A DNA stretch of 64,000 bases from Magallana gigas. Taxonomy: Eukaryota. Under the pieces are notes generated by a model. The model saw only the letters and a program-made list of their open reading frames with translations, was not told where the DNA came from and searched no databases. Location of the stretch: the NCBI RefSeq assembly GCF_963853765.1, contig NC_088859.1, positions 35,836,001 through 35,900,000 of the forward strand. Direction: 5' to 3'. This document shows, piece by piece, positions 50,561-63,700 of the stretch (position 1 is the first letter of the stretch; each line of letters starts with the position of its first letter). The translations under genes were made by a program, and so were the position numbers.

Positions 50561-50781
50561 AGTCTGTATAACAGTCTGTATACTTTAAAGGCTTGTGCAT
50601 GTAGTAGAAATCTCATTTAATTTTTGAAGTAACATAAATTTATTTTGATTATCTTATCCTTAATCATATGGTCACATTTTGTTGTTTATCATGTTTCTCA
50701 GCATTTGATTTTCAAAAAAAAAACTCTATCAATCTATACTTTATCATCATTTGTAGCTATTTGTTTTACAGATATGAAGCC

Positions 50782-52655
50782 ATGGGTATCAAACGCCAGA
50801 AGCAAGTACGGAAATCATTAGCATTTTACAAGAAAAACTTTGGATACTCTCCCCCATACTATGTTTTAGTGGACGGCACATTTTGTCGAGCTGCATTAAA
50901 ACAGAAAATCAACATTAGAGAACAGCTTCCTAAATATCTAGAGGCAGAGGTCAACATCTGTACAACACAATGCATTCTTGATGAGTGTGAAGCCTTTGGT
51001 AAGAACCCCTTTATGAACAACTATGGTGTTTGCATATGTAGGGCCTTCACAAAAGCCCTACAGCATGTTCAAATTGAGTCCTATCAAGTACAACTCGAGA
51101 ACACACCTTTGCACAACACGCAGTTGCGCAAACAAAACTTTACGCAACACACTATCGCACTGTCACAGAACACATCTACATATATGGCCAGAAATTAGTC
51201 CTGACTTTTACCCCTTTTTATTTGTAACCAGTAATATTGGTTATATCAGTAACAAACCATCCAGCGGAAAGAAAATAATCAGTTTTGTCATATATGTTAC
51301 TTTTGTCACCAGAAAACAGTGCATTGTTACTGGTTACAAATGAAATGGGGTAAAAGTCAGGACTAATTTCTGGCCATATCTAACAAAACATGCAGCAAGA
51401 GTTTTGTGAAGTGGCATGTTGAGTGACAGCATAATGAAAAGTTGTGTAAAAACTGTAACAGTGTTAATAGTAGTAGAAGTTTTGCTAGCCAAACTGCATG
51501 ACAGCACAATGGCTAGTTGTGTGAGGTATTGTTAGCGCAACATTAGGTTGTACAAAATTTTGCTGGTGCGACAAAATCTTGTGAAAATTGTGTGTTAGTG
51601 CAATGACCTTTTGTACAAAGTTGAGTTAATGCGATTGCATGTTGTGTGCTTTATATGGGTACCGGTATTTGCATTGGCGCAACAGTGTGTTATGTGAAGT
51701 TTAGTTAGAGTGACTGTGAGTTATCTGGGATACAGATGTTTATTTATGAAACTTTGTTGTCTTTCTAGGTTCTGTTTTATATGGACCCCTAAAAATACTT
51801 CAACAATATCAGAAAGCCCCATGTGGACATTCAAAAAGCATCAAAGGGGCAGATAAATGCATCCAGCACACAACCAAGAAGACTGTCAAGTATATAGTAG
51901 GAACACAGGTATAGTCGTTGCCTATCAGTATATCAATTTTATAGTACTGTAATTGATGTTTATATTAAAGACTTAGAATCTAAATGCATGTAGAATTTAT
52001 TAGTAAAATGGGGGGGGGGGGGAACAAATGTATTTGTTCTCAGACACCACCATATTAGGTCAAATGCAGACATACTGATTATTTCATTGCCATATTGAAA
52101 GGGGGAATAGCTCAACTTATTAAGTTAAATTTTAAAATTAATTTATTCCCCTCTGCAAGTCCTAGCTGCAATAAAAATGGAAATAAGATACCTGCCTCAT
52201 TATATCTTGAACTTTTTGGCTCAAGAACCAACAAATGAAATTTGTTTGGCCTTACAAAACTATTTGTATCTTGTTTGAAGGACCCTGTCTTAAGGGAAGT
52301 CTTACGGAACAGGACAGGACAGCCGATTCTCTACATAGCTTTCAATGCGATAATGTTAGAAAATCCATCCACAGCATCACTTATGGCAGCAGAAAAGAAA
52401 ACAGAGACTGAATTAAAACCGACCTCACACCAACAGACTGTGATACAAAAACTAAAAATACAAACATTTGGAGATGAGAAGGAGGTTGTAAAGAAAAAGA
52501 AGAAGAAAGTGAAGGGGCCAAATCCACTTTCATGTAAAAAGAGTAAAAAAAAGAAAACTGATATAAAACCTAAAACTGGTTCAGAAGAGACAAAGAAACG
52601 CAAGAAAAGGAGGAAAAAACACAAGTCTGCTCACACTACTGAAGCTGTGTTATAG
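50782..52655 (+). CDS. UTP23: rRNA-processing protein UTP23 (PIN domain), ~243 aa, 3 coding exons
   Basis: Exons 50782-50998, 51769-51908 and 52281-52655 join in frame (732 nt). Motifs PYYVLVDGTFCRAAL, IREQLPKYL, CTTQCIL, YIVGTQD, KGPNPLSCKK, Lys-rich tail. An acceptor at 50771 implies an upstream non-coding exon (candidate donor at 50552). Confidence 0.95.
51182..51379. mobile_element. MITE with ~50-bp TIRs in UTP23 intron
   Basis: ATATGGCCAGAAATTAGTCCTGACTTTTACCCC...TTTGTAACCAGTAA / TTACTGGTTACAAA...GGGGTAAAAGTCAGGACTAATTTCTGGCCATAT. Confidence 0.8.
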
Positions 52656-53255
52656 ACTTTTGTACAATTGATCCAAACTGAACATCATGATTTAATACAG
52701 TGAGACACATACTGTACTGTTTAACTGGTAGTCATTTTTACACTTTCCTAATAAACTCTGTCCAAAGATATCCTCACATCATATTTTGCTTTATTGTTTG
52801 ATATTTATAGAAACCTCAGGGTTTCAATGATATTTATTCAGGAGTGCTTATTCCTATAACTTTAATTTCTCTGTTTGTTTCCTTATTTTGACTTCATTAT
52901 TTAACGTGCTCCCAAATCAGTGGGGGGCAAACTCCATGATAAGTTTATTTTCTATATGTACCGGTAATTTAAGAAAAATGTTAGCTGCGAAAAAAAGTGG
53001 ATGTGGGGGGTGGGGCAGGCTCACCCTGATTTTTCCACATAAATCTGCTATGACCTTAACCTTAGATTAAGAAACTTGGTCCAAGGTCACTGTACACCCT
53101 TTACCTAATGCCGTCTTAATCATTATCCTAATTTTTGTTCTTTAATATTTTGAGACTTATACAGTAATATAAAACTGGTCAGTTGATGCATCTTGGAACT
53201 TCTGTTATGATGTTCCAAATGTAGGTTAACCAACTTAAATATATAAAAATTCATT

Positions 53256-54266
53256 ACAAGAGGCCAATAGGCCTTAACAGTCACCTGAGTAGCATATAAC
53301 CCATACACAAACTTGTTGAGGAGTCTCATAAATGCTTCTAATTAGGTTCCATTCTGGAGTAGAAAAATTATAAATTTGTAATGATGACCACCTCTTTGCC
53401 TGAATTAATTAAATCTTTCAAAAAGATCTATGAAACCTATAATTTTGGCGAAAAACTTAAAGATCTGGTCTACAAAATCATGAATTCAGTTTTCCTTTCA
53501 GGTGCGAGAGAGTAAAGAAGATAATTTTTTAACATATATGCATTAACACCTATACATCCATTTTGGCCCTGCCCTAGAGTCAAAACCCATACTCTAGGGG
53601 ACATGAAATTTAAAATTTTAGTAGAGGACTTCTAGGTAAACATATATTAATATGAAGTCAGTTTTTCATACAGATGTGTGAGAAAAGAGAAGATGATTTT
53701 CAAACATTATATGCATCAACACTATATTGCTATATTGCCCCCCCCCCCCCATATCCTGAACCCTGACCCAGGGGCCATGAATTTCACAATTTAGGTAGAG
53801 GAGTTAGTGGACACCATAACCATTATTCAGTTTTTTTTGCCCACATATGTGGAAGTAAAGAAGATTTAATACATTTTTACTATATGGCCATATTGGCCCC
53901 ACCCTAGAGCCTGAACCCCTGACCCAGGGGCCATGAATTTCACAATTTTGGTAAAGAGCTTCATGGACATTATAACCATGCAACCAGTTTTTTCCTCACG
54001 TGTGGTAGTAGAGAAGATTTTTGAAAATTTATTGGCCTTTTTTTTTTTTGCATATTTGGCCCCACCTGTGGCGCCCCAGGGGTGGTAGAGCCATGAATTT
54101 CACAATTTAAATTTCTCTTACCATAGAGATGCCTCATACCAAAAATGGTAACTATTAGCCTTGTAGTTTCTAAGAAGAAGTTAAAAATGTAAAATTGTTA
54201 ACGGACGACAACGGACAAAAAACAGATAGCAATAGGTCACCTGAGTTTACTCAGGTGACCTAAAAA
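53256..54266 (+). mobile_element. Helentron-associated element carrying Cg170-like (~156-174 bp) satellite units
   Basis: Starts ACAAGAGGCCAATAGGCCTTAACAGTCACCTGAG, ends with hairpin AGGTCACCTGAGT-TT-ACTCAGGTGACCT-AAAAA, short ACGG repeat before it; CCATGAATTTCACAATTT units at 53775, 53931 and 54091. The Cg170 resemblance is recalled, not searched. Confidence 0.85.
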
Positions 54267-54453
54267 TACAGACCTCGTAGCAGCATATCATTATAAATGG
54301 GAATCTTTGAGGATCTGATTTTAATCAGACAAGGGCAATTACCAGTACTTTCCAAAAAGAAATTTGAATGTGAAAAGCATTGATGACAGACAACCAATGA
54401 TCTCACAATTGCAGTTATCTAAACAACTAATGAAACCCTCAGATTTTTATAAT

Positions 54454-56574
54454 TTATTGTAATTCATTCAGATTTGAAGTTCTGACAAGAGGTGATGTTG
54501 TAAGCATGTGCTTCGCTCTTGGTTCTCTGTAGTTATAGTCAATAAGTCCTGGGTTTAGAAGACACAACTGTTCATATGCATAACATAATTCCCTCCACTC
54601 CTCCATAGAAAGTCGGAATGACTGCTTTGTGGGATCCACACGTGAAATTTTGAAAAAGTCATCCACTAAGTTTGACATAATTGGTGGGAACAGATCTCTG
54701 AAAGACAAAATTTGAGGATGAAAAATGAATTATTTCTTTGATGTTTTATTCAGAATTTAAAAAGTACCGGTATATGAAAACAGGTTTAATAGATATAAAG
54801 AGCAAATGGGCAACCCTTGAAAGCTGTTTTATTTGTTTAATTATTTTTTTTCGTAGTAACTCTACATACCAGAGTATCTGTGATAGATCAATAATCATGT
54901 CATTAACTTTTTGATGTAAAAAGGAGTACAATTACAAATGTAAAAATAATCTTACTGTGCTCCCCTCTTGATATGCTTTTGTCTGTAGTGAAATATTGTA
55001 GATACAACTTTCTCAACCAATGAAAATGGTTGGTCTATCAGGGGAGTATTTAATGGTTCTATGTATAAAACTGCCGCATGTACTTTTGGTGCTGGTACAA
55101 AAACTTTGCCTGTTAAAAAAAACATATACATGTATAATTTTTTTAGGATTGTTAAAAAGTAACCTGTTATTTAAGTAGTTTAGTACCTGTAGGGTGGACC
55201 AAGTACTAAATTTAAGAATCAGTTCTCAATGAAAAACAAAACTTTGCAATATACTCTTTATGGTTCGTCCCTCATTTTAATGTACCAATATCTCAATTAT
55301 CAATATCCATAATCTAACATTAAATCAAAATCTTGTCCTGTTTTAATAAAAATTAACAGAATACCTTGGTCATCTATTTCGTTGTTGTTTTAAATTGGGG
55401 GTATGAACTATGAACATGCTTAAATTTTGAATTTTATCTTGAATAATAAAGTCCTTCAGTAATCAAACAGAGAGGCAAGTTAGTACGGTAACCATTGATA
55501 AATAGGGATTGAATTGACAACTCTAATGCATTATATATATTTCTCAATATACTTGTATTAAATATTTACTGTATGTTTAAAAAATAAGGATTCCCACACC
55601 CTTTCAAATTAGAAAATACAGCAGTCCTTACCAGGTATATGATATCTGTATTTTATTTTACACAAATACTGACTCATGATTGAAAGTCTACATCTGTGTT
55701 CGGAATCTACATCTGCTAGAATTCTCTCTGCCACCTCATGTTGAAAAGTAAGAGTCAACGGCACACGTCCAAGTTGCCAAGGTCCACTTTTCTTGGAAAT
55801 CTGTTCCAGCCATTTTAATAAAAGTCCAAGAGACACATTGAATGGCAAATTTCCAACTATGTTCACTTTGGGGGTCATTTTTTGCCATGGTCTTGCACAA
55901 TAAGGTGGAAACAAACTGTGCATGTCAAAATATTTTGCATCTCCAAGATGCACATCTAATCTGCCTCCAGATGCTGCTCTTAAAGCCTGAAAAAAGTTAA
56001 GTTTAAAACTTTGGCACAAGCAAACAAAATTTATTGAGAAAATTCAATTTTTGGTCAAACCTCTAAGCCTTTTATAAATCAAGAAATCTTGTGTCTTAAT
56101 AAAATAAACAATTCTGAAAATATATTATGGCACTCTTCTCTCTTTTAAGAGCATAGAAAAATATGGTACATGTACCTACACCCAATTAAAAAGATAGAAA
56201 AATCTGAAAGTTTATGAAAATTAAAGGGATAGGATAAATTCTTCAATGAAACTACACATGCATATTTGAACAGGTTTATGATATATGCTCTATCTATACC
56301 GGGTACTTACCTCCAAAGGTGGCAAAAATCTCTTGTCTTTTTCAATCACATGAACTTTTTCTGCATCACTTTCTAGTAATGCCCTAGTTATTCCCCCTGG
56401 TCCAGGCCCCACTTCACAGATATGTGATCCTTTTGTCACTGAGATGCAGTTCACAAACTTATGACACACATTCATGTCAAGGAGAAAGTTTTGAGAAAGC
56501 TTCTTTGTTGCACTAAGTCTGTAGAGTTTTACAATTTCAGATATCCTGGGCATTGGTGGCAATCGGCTCCCCAT
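54454..56574 (-). CDS. TFB1M: Mitochondrial 12S rRNA dimethyladenosine transferase 1 (KsgA family), ~338 aa, 4 coding exons
   Basis: Exons 56574-56311, 55986-55632, 55109-54956 and 54697-54454 join in frame (1017 nt). Motifs RLPPMP, LSQNFLLD, EVGPGPGGITR, VIEKDKRF, IVGNLPFNVS, LTLTFQHEVAER, RCRLSIMSQ, VFVPAPKV, FSLVEKVV. Confidence 0.96.
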
Positions 56575-56992
56575 TCTGCTTTTTTTTCTTCACAAAATGA
56601 CTGTAACATAAAAAGAAGACAGAAAATTGATAGTTATCTTCCACAACGACCACAAGTTTAAATCTAAATAATAAGTAAGAGGCCCTGGCCTACATCATTA
56701 ATCTAAGTTACAATACTGAAGTGAATTTTGCAAAACTTTAAACAACCATTGCATCGACACATTATCTTTGCATCTACACACTATCTTCATGTTTCATTAA
56801 TGAATTGAAGACTTTTATTCTTTACCATACAAGAAAGCATTTCTATGTATCTATAAGTTTTAGGCATAGTAATTCCTAAGATAATAATTTTCCAAAAAAT
56901 TGTCCTTAGAAAAACTTTGCACCTATCAAGTGGACCCATTATTTTTCTGTTGTCTCAATTAAACAAACTTGAATTGCCAAATTTAGATCACA

Positions 56993-56994
<2 letters not shown>

Positions 56995-57034
<40 letters not shown>

Positions 57035-59208
57035 GCTTTGTTTCTTTTTCCCTTTTATTTTTTTTTTTTTTTCTTACGCTTTTTTGTACAAGCGATTTTT
57101 TGAAAACGACTTGACCGATTTTCGTGAAAATTTCAGATCTTGTAGATATTGATAAAAACCTTATATATAATTTTTTATTTTGATGACGTCATTTCCGTTC
57201 GGGAGATATTGACGTTTTAGTGATTTTTAGAGGGTCATTTTGTCCTGCTATCTCCTCCTAAACGAAAAAAGATATTGAATTTAAATTTTCAGGGATTGTA
57301 GACAAAAGATTGTAGATGTGTTTAAAGGCATTTGTGTTTGTCTGGCTTCAAAGGCGTCGAAGCTCGCCTGGACCCGAAAATCGAGTTTAAAAAAACGACG
57401 TAATTTTTAATGGTTTTCGTTCTTTATCTCCTTTCCTGAAAATATTTTACCATAAGATATAGAGCAAATAAAAATTATATTAACAAGATCTTCCGTTTGA
57501 TAACAAGAAAAAGGGGCTGGTCCCTCAAATTAGGGGCCAAAAGGGCTCTAAAGTCTTTCACCCATAACACTTTACTGAGAAATATTTCGTAATATGTTTA
57601 AAAAGCAAAAATGTTTATCTTTTACTAATAAAACTATACAATATAAATTTTTTATTATGCGTTACGTAATTAGGGGTTTTAAGGGGCCAAAAGTCCAAAA
57701 TTTCGATCGAATATATCTCAAAAAGGACAAATATTTTGAAGAGCAATATAGAGTAAAAGATGCTTAGAATGATGATTTAAACAATATTCAATCATAAAAT
57801 TTTCGTTATCTGGCCCCAATAAGGAGATTAGGGGTCGGCCCCTAAAACGTCATATCCCAGATAGCTCAAAAACGGCAAAGAATTTCTAAACACTTGTTGA
57901 ACAAAATATGTTAAATATCAAAAGAACTTTCGTATGATGCCAAGAAAAAGGGGCTGGTCCTTCAATTTAGGGGCCAAAAGGGCTCTTAAGTCTTTCTTCT
58001 ATAGCACTTTACTGAGAAATGTTTTGTAATATGTTTAAGAAGCAAAAATGTTCATCTTTCACTAATAAAACTATACATTATAAAAATTTTATTATGCGTT
58101 ACGTAATTAGGGGTTTTAAGGGGCCAAAAGTCCAAAATTTCGATCGAATATATCTCAAAAAGGACAAATATTTTGAAAAGCAATATAGAATAAAAGATGC
58201 TCAGAATGATGTCTTAAAAAATATTCAATCATAAAATTTTCGTTATCTAGCCCCAATAAGGAGATTAGGGGTCGGCCCCTAAAATGTCATATCCCAGATA
58301 GCTAAAAAACGGCAAAGAATTTCTAAACACTTGTTGTACAAAATATGTTTAATATCATAAGAACTTTCGTATGATGCCAAGAAAAAGGGGCTGGTCCTTC
58401 AATTTAGGGGCCAAAAGGGCTCTAAAGTCTTTCTCTAATAGCACTTTACTGAGAAATGTTTTGTAATATGTTTAAGGAGCAAAAATGTTTATCTTTTACG
58501 AATCAAACTATATATTATAAAATTTTTATTATGCGTTACGTAATTAGGGGTTTTAAGGGGCCAAAAGTCCAAAATTTCGATCGAATATATCTCAAAAAGG
58601 ACAAATATTTTGAAGAGCAATATAGAGTAAAAGATGCTTAGAATGATGTTTTAAACAATATTCAGTCATAAAATTTTCGTTATCTGGCCCCAATAAGGAG
58701 ATTAGGGGTCGGCCCCTAAAACGTCATATCCAAGATTGCTCAAAAACGGCAAAGAAATTCTAAACACTTGTTGAATAAAATATGTTTAATATCAAAAGAA
58801 CTTTCGTATGATGCCAAGAAAAAGGGGCTGGTCCTTCAATTTAGGGACCAAAAGGGCTCTAAAGTCTTTCTTCCATAGCACTTTACTGAAAAATATTTTG
58901 TTATATGTTTAGGAAGCAAAAATTTTCATCTCACATTTATTTAACAACATATCATAATTATTTTATCATGTGTTCCGTATTAAGGGGTTTTAATGGGTTT
59001 TAAGGGGCCAGAAGTACAAAACTTTGATAACATACCTCAAACAGAACAAATATTTTAAAAAGCATTATTTTGAAAATCAATATAGAATAAAATGCTGAGA
59101 ATGATGTTCCTAACAAAATTCAACCATCAATATTTTTTGTTGTTGCCCTTATAAGGAGATAAAGGGTCAAATATCAAAGTCAAGGTCAAATGACCTTCAA
59201 AAAATCGC

Positions 59209-59251
<43 letters not shown>
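56995..59251 (-). mobile_element. Helentron-associated element with 437-bp tandem satellite
   Basis: Terminal hairpin TAAGGTCTTCCGTT-TCC-AACGGAAGACCTTA at 56996-57026; subterminal ACGGAAGACC plus hairpin CTCGTTGCTCGCAACGAG near 59215-59240, ends CTAGTT; AAGAAAAAGGGGCTGGTCC at 57505, 57942, 58379 and 58816 (exact 437-bp spacing). Confidence 0.88.
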
Positions 59252-59252
<1 letters not shown>

Positions 59253-59763
59253 TATTTATGTTCTCAAGATTAAAGATCATTGTTGCAAAATGCTGAGAAG
59301 TTCCTGCAAAGTACAAAGAAAAAATATGTTATTTTTATTGCAAGCAATGTAAAGGTGTCCTGGGGGAGAATGTTTCAAGCATATGATTTCCTTTATTAAT
59401 TTTTCTACAGTGAGAGGTCAACTTATGAGTAAACTGTGTGCAAAGTATAAAGTAAATTGAACAAATAGTTTATCTGTTTACCGCACTCAAATTTTAATCG
59501 TATGTCCGAATCATTCCCAACATTTTATATAAGATTATATAGGGAAAAGGGGGTTTTCATTTTCAACATCATATGTAAAAAAAATTACAAAGTTTAACAT
59601 ACAATTTTCTTTTAATTTTCAGCGATGGAAGGTTAATGTTGCCAAATTAAAACAAAATTAAATGAATATATTTTATGCCATCTGCCCTGATAGTTTGATC
59701 CTATAACGATGTCTATTTAACATATAGAATTGTATAGAATGAAAGGATGTTTACGAATCAAAT

Positions 59764-59985
59764 TACTGTAAACCAACTTTTATTTGTGACAACTTTATTT
59801 GGCAATTTACTTTCGAAAAACTGGTTTGTGACTACTTATGTTCGCGACCAAGCCGCACCCAGACCCGTCTTGTTAAAACAACCATTCGACAATGACTAGT
59901 TCATTGTGAGAAATTTTTGTGACGACAATGTCCTCGTGAACCTCGCAAAAATTTCTTGCACGCAAACAAAAGTTGGTTTAACGTA
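59764..59985. mobile_element. TA-flanked MITE (TACTGTAAA-type ends)
   Basis: TACTGTAAACCAACTTTT / AAAAGTTGGTTTAACGTA inverted termini. Confidence 0.7.
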
Positions 59986-60599
59986 AATTATATTTGTAAC
60001 AGATAAAAAATACCTTTCCACTCACACAGAACATGAAAGGATCGCTGCGCATATGCTCTTTTTGCAATTTATATTTTCAATTTAAATTATTAACGCTGCA
60101 ATAAAAATGCACAAAGTTTTTTTTTGTCAATTGTTACATCACAGTCTCTACTGATATCATCATAAGATGTTGACTCTGACATGGATAACATTGATTTTGA
60201 AGAAGGGAAAAAATGATTAAAATACTACTGAACATTATTTTAACGATTCATTTCTACTAAATACTAATTTTTTATCCCCAAACTGCAAATCATATCTTTC
60301 ATAATTAAATAATTTACTGTTAATATTTGAGTGATTTTTTCCAGATGCAGATGTGTTATTCCACCTTAAAATTCATAAACCTGTAGGCACCTTTCATTGA
60401 CTAGATCTTGATCTTAATGTGCATGGTTTCTACTTCTAAAAATGTTACCTCGACTAACCTTGTGAAATGAACAGACAATAAATATCACGACTGTCACTAT
60501 GATTAGACTAGTAATGTTTCTTCCATCAATCCATGTTCGAATGTTCCATGCCTGGAATATATAAAGAAGGAAATTTGAAACGCTCGATAAAACACTGAA

Positions 60600-60733
60600 A
60601 CAACTACGGTGATAAAATAAATTTCCGGATTTTTATTCCGGACTTGAATAGATTTTAACTATTATGTATACCCAAGATGGCAGCTAGTGTGCGCCAAAAT
60701 TTGAAATAATGAATCGTTAATACCATTGTAACC
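60600..60733. promoter_or_regulatory. Putative promoter of the XK-related gene, possibly shared with TFB1M
   Basis: Two TCCGGA motifs and YY1-like CAAGATGGC (~60673) in a CpG-containing patch just upstream of the XKR ATG; minus-strand donor-like GAG|GTAACA at 60449/60448. Confidence 0.45.
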
Positions 60734-63700
60734 ATGTATAAGAAGACTTTTACACTATATGACATATTTGTGACAGTTTTGTCATTTTTCTCATATATAC
60801 TAGACGTAGTATCAGGTAAAGATATTGTCGCTTTATTGCACCAGAAATGATTTATTTCTTAAGATATGGCTACAATTCTTTTGTTGTGTTTTAAGTATTA
60901 AATGGGGATTTAAAGTCATAATATGAGATTGTTGACCGATGTAGAGAGAGTATGTAGGAGTAGACTACAAATAGATTTGTCCAAATTATCTGGATCTTTG
61001 AGTTTTAATTACTAACGTTATACCAACATGAATTTAGGTGGCTGTGCTATACCAATAATATTCCAGACATTGTTTCATATGACCAATGCCAGGTTCATTC
61101 TTCAATATTAGTGTTTTGCATTTTCTTACCATTTCTTTTATAGATAGGGCTGGTTCATCCCAATTACATGTCATTCAATATCTGGTTAAAATTTTTGGAG
61201 GTATGACATGTACACTGTATAGAGGAAGCTACACAATGCTCAGTATTACAATGTCTTAACTTAACAACTTAGGGGTATAATTTAGTTACCTGTTAAAGTA
61301 TACACCTCAACTTTAAATTGGGGGAGGGGGTTTATTTTATACTTGGGGATAAATTTTCCAGTCCCCTTTTTTTCTGTACGCTTTTCTTGCCTTTCATATT
61401 AATTCTACTTATAAAATGCTCTCTTAACTTCAATGACAATAACAAGTTTATGAGTCTATAATATCAATATCGTGTAAATAAAACTTACTTTACTGCTGTT
61501 ATATTATCAATATACATTTATTTTTGTCATAGATGTGGCTGTGATAGTAGTCTTTTTCCTTGATGGACATGCTGTATGGGGAGCTATATCACTGGCATTT
61601 GTGGCACTTTCCACCTTTGCCATGCAGATTTTCAGCTTTTGTTGGCACGTTACAGATGGGTCCATGACAGTCAAGAACTTCTTGATTCATGCCTTTTTCT
61701 TGGCTCCTTTACACAGGTATTAAATGTCTTCTTGCTCCTTCATAGCAAGCAGTATTTTGGTATTCACTCATATGCACCTATGTGTTTTTTAATCTTTATT
61801 TTATTGATATTTCATCAGTTTTGTATGTAAGTACATACAGTCTGTATACATAGTGTAAATTCATTTTCTACCATAGGTACTGGAGAGTATTAAAGCTTGG
61901 AATTAAGTCAAGAAGAACCAAAAACCATGATGATTTGGATGCAGTTTACTGTGCTAACAATGACATCTGCTTGCTGCGACTATTTGAATCGTTTTTGGAG
62001 TCGGCTCCCCAGCTTTTGCTTCAGCTCTATGTCATCATCACATTCCAGCATTTTGATTGGATTATTGGTAAAGTGTCATCAACAACTCAGAAAATTTTTG
62101 TCAACCTTTCAAAAATTATGTATTTTTTGTATATTATTCAGTGAAGATTTCCATTTTAAAATGATTCAATTAAATCTGATATATTTTGTTTGATGCATCC
62201 AGTGTTTAATAACACATTGACTATAAATCTAATTTTTTTTTTTTAGGAATATCGACCTTTTTTTCCTTGACATCAATTGCTTGGTCTGTGTCGGCATACT
62301 CGGATGGTTTGCGCCTGGCTTATCAGACAGAGTATAAAAGGAGCGGACTGACAATGCTTGTACACACACTATGGCAAACAGCCATGCTTAGTGGCAGAGT
62401 CCTTGCTATTGTTGTATTTGCATCACATTTCAAGGCTTGGACCTTTCTGGTTTTGGGTAATGTTTGCATTTTTCAAAACTACACTTTCAACTTAAAATCT
62501 GATAAGCATTTTAAGGAGGCTGGTTGGTCAACTTACTCATCAGATCTGCCTTAAAATTTTAAATATATTTTTGGCCATAAACCATATTTTATTGATTTTT
62601 AAAAAAATCTTAATACAAAGCTCGAAATGAGATTATTATAGTCTAAAATTGGCCACAACCATCCAGTCCTCTTGATGATAAGCTTCCTTTTACATAATTA
62701 CATTGAAAGCACACTGCAATCTATATTATGCACTGTATTGCTTAACTCTCAATACAAATTGTTGGAGGTTTAAACTTGTTACTGTTTGTCTATTGCAGGA
62801 TTACATTGGTTGCTTATGACAGCATGGATCACTGTACAGAACGCTGACTTTGGTGATACAGCTTGTGAGAAACGTATCTTCAACGCAGTGTCTGGCTTTA
62901 TCTACGTCTTTTGCTTCTTGAACTTGAAGGATGGCTCTTCACGTAGGCGACTGGCAGTGTACTACATTGTGTCTATGGTAGAAAACACAGCTCTGGTTAT
63001 TCTGTGGTTTCTTTATAAGAGTGAAACTTCACCAGATTGGCTGAGCATTGTAGCACCCACTGTCATATATGGAGGATTTGCCTTAGGTATAAAAATATTA
63101 GAATTTTCAGAACAAATACCAAGATAAGACATATAAAAAGACATATTGATTTATGTTATCACTATAAAATTCCATTTAATAGTTTTCTTTTATTTAATCA
63201 TTATTAAGAGCAATAGAATCTACATGTATACTGATTTGTGAAAGTGTATTCATGAATGTTCAGTTATTAAACAAAAGAACAATTGTTTGATTTCCTTCTT
63301 TGACATGGACATCATTGGTAAGTTATAGGGTTCTCTCTTATCCTATTCAGGTTCTATCATGATGTGTCTGTATTACTGTTGCTGCCATCCATCAATGCCA
63401 AAAGTCAAACAGGAAAAAGAACAGGAAACAAACTGGTTCAAACGAATTGTTGCAATGAAGGTTCGTATGTTTAATACACATTGATAAAAAATACCAAATT
63501 GCAATAACTTCTATGAAAAGAAAATTTTAAAATACATGTATATGAAATGTTATCCTAGATCTACAGAAAAATGTATATTTAAATAATTCAAAATTTTTAA
63601 ATTAAAGGTAATCTGCAACATTTTTTTTTGTTTTTTGTATTAGCGCCAGGAGCATAGAGATTCTTTCTTCAATACATCAGACTCATCATTTCGTATCTCT

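Noticed and set aside
50541-50781. Spliced ATG-AAG-ATA (MKI) resembling the human UTP23 N-terminus, and the long N-terminal extension of ORF 50668-51198
   Set aside because: MKI is followed immediately by TGA and is out of frame; three residues are not significant. The ORF extension is intronic sequence.
57505-58900. Regularly spaced repeats superficially like a CRISPR array (also 5058-5715 and 48369-49200)
   Set aside because: Whole units repeat with no unique spacers, there are no cas genes, and the context is eukaryotic; these are satellites in Helentron-type elements.
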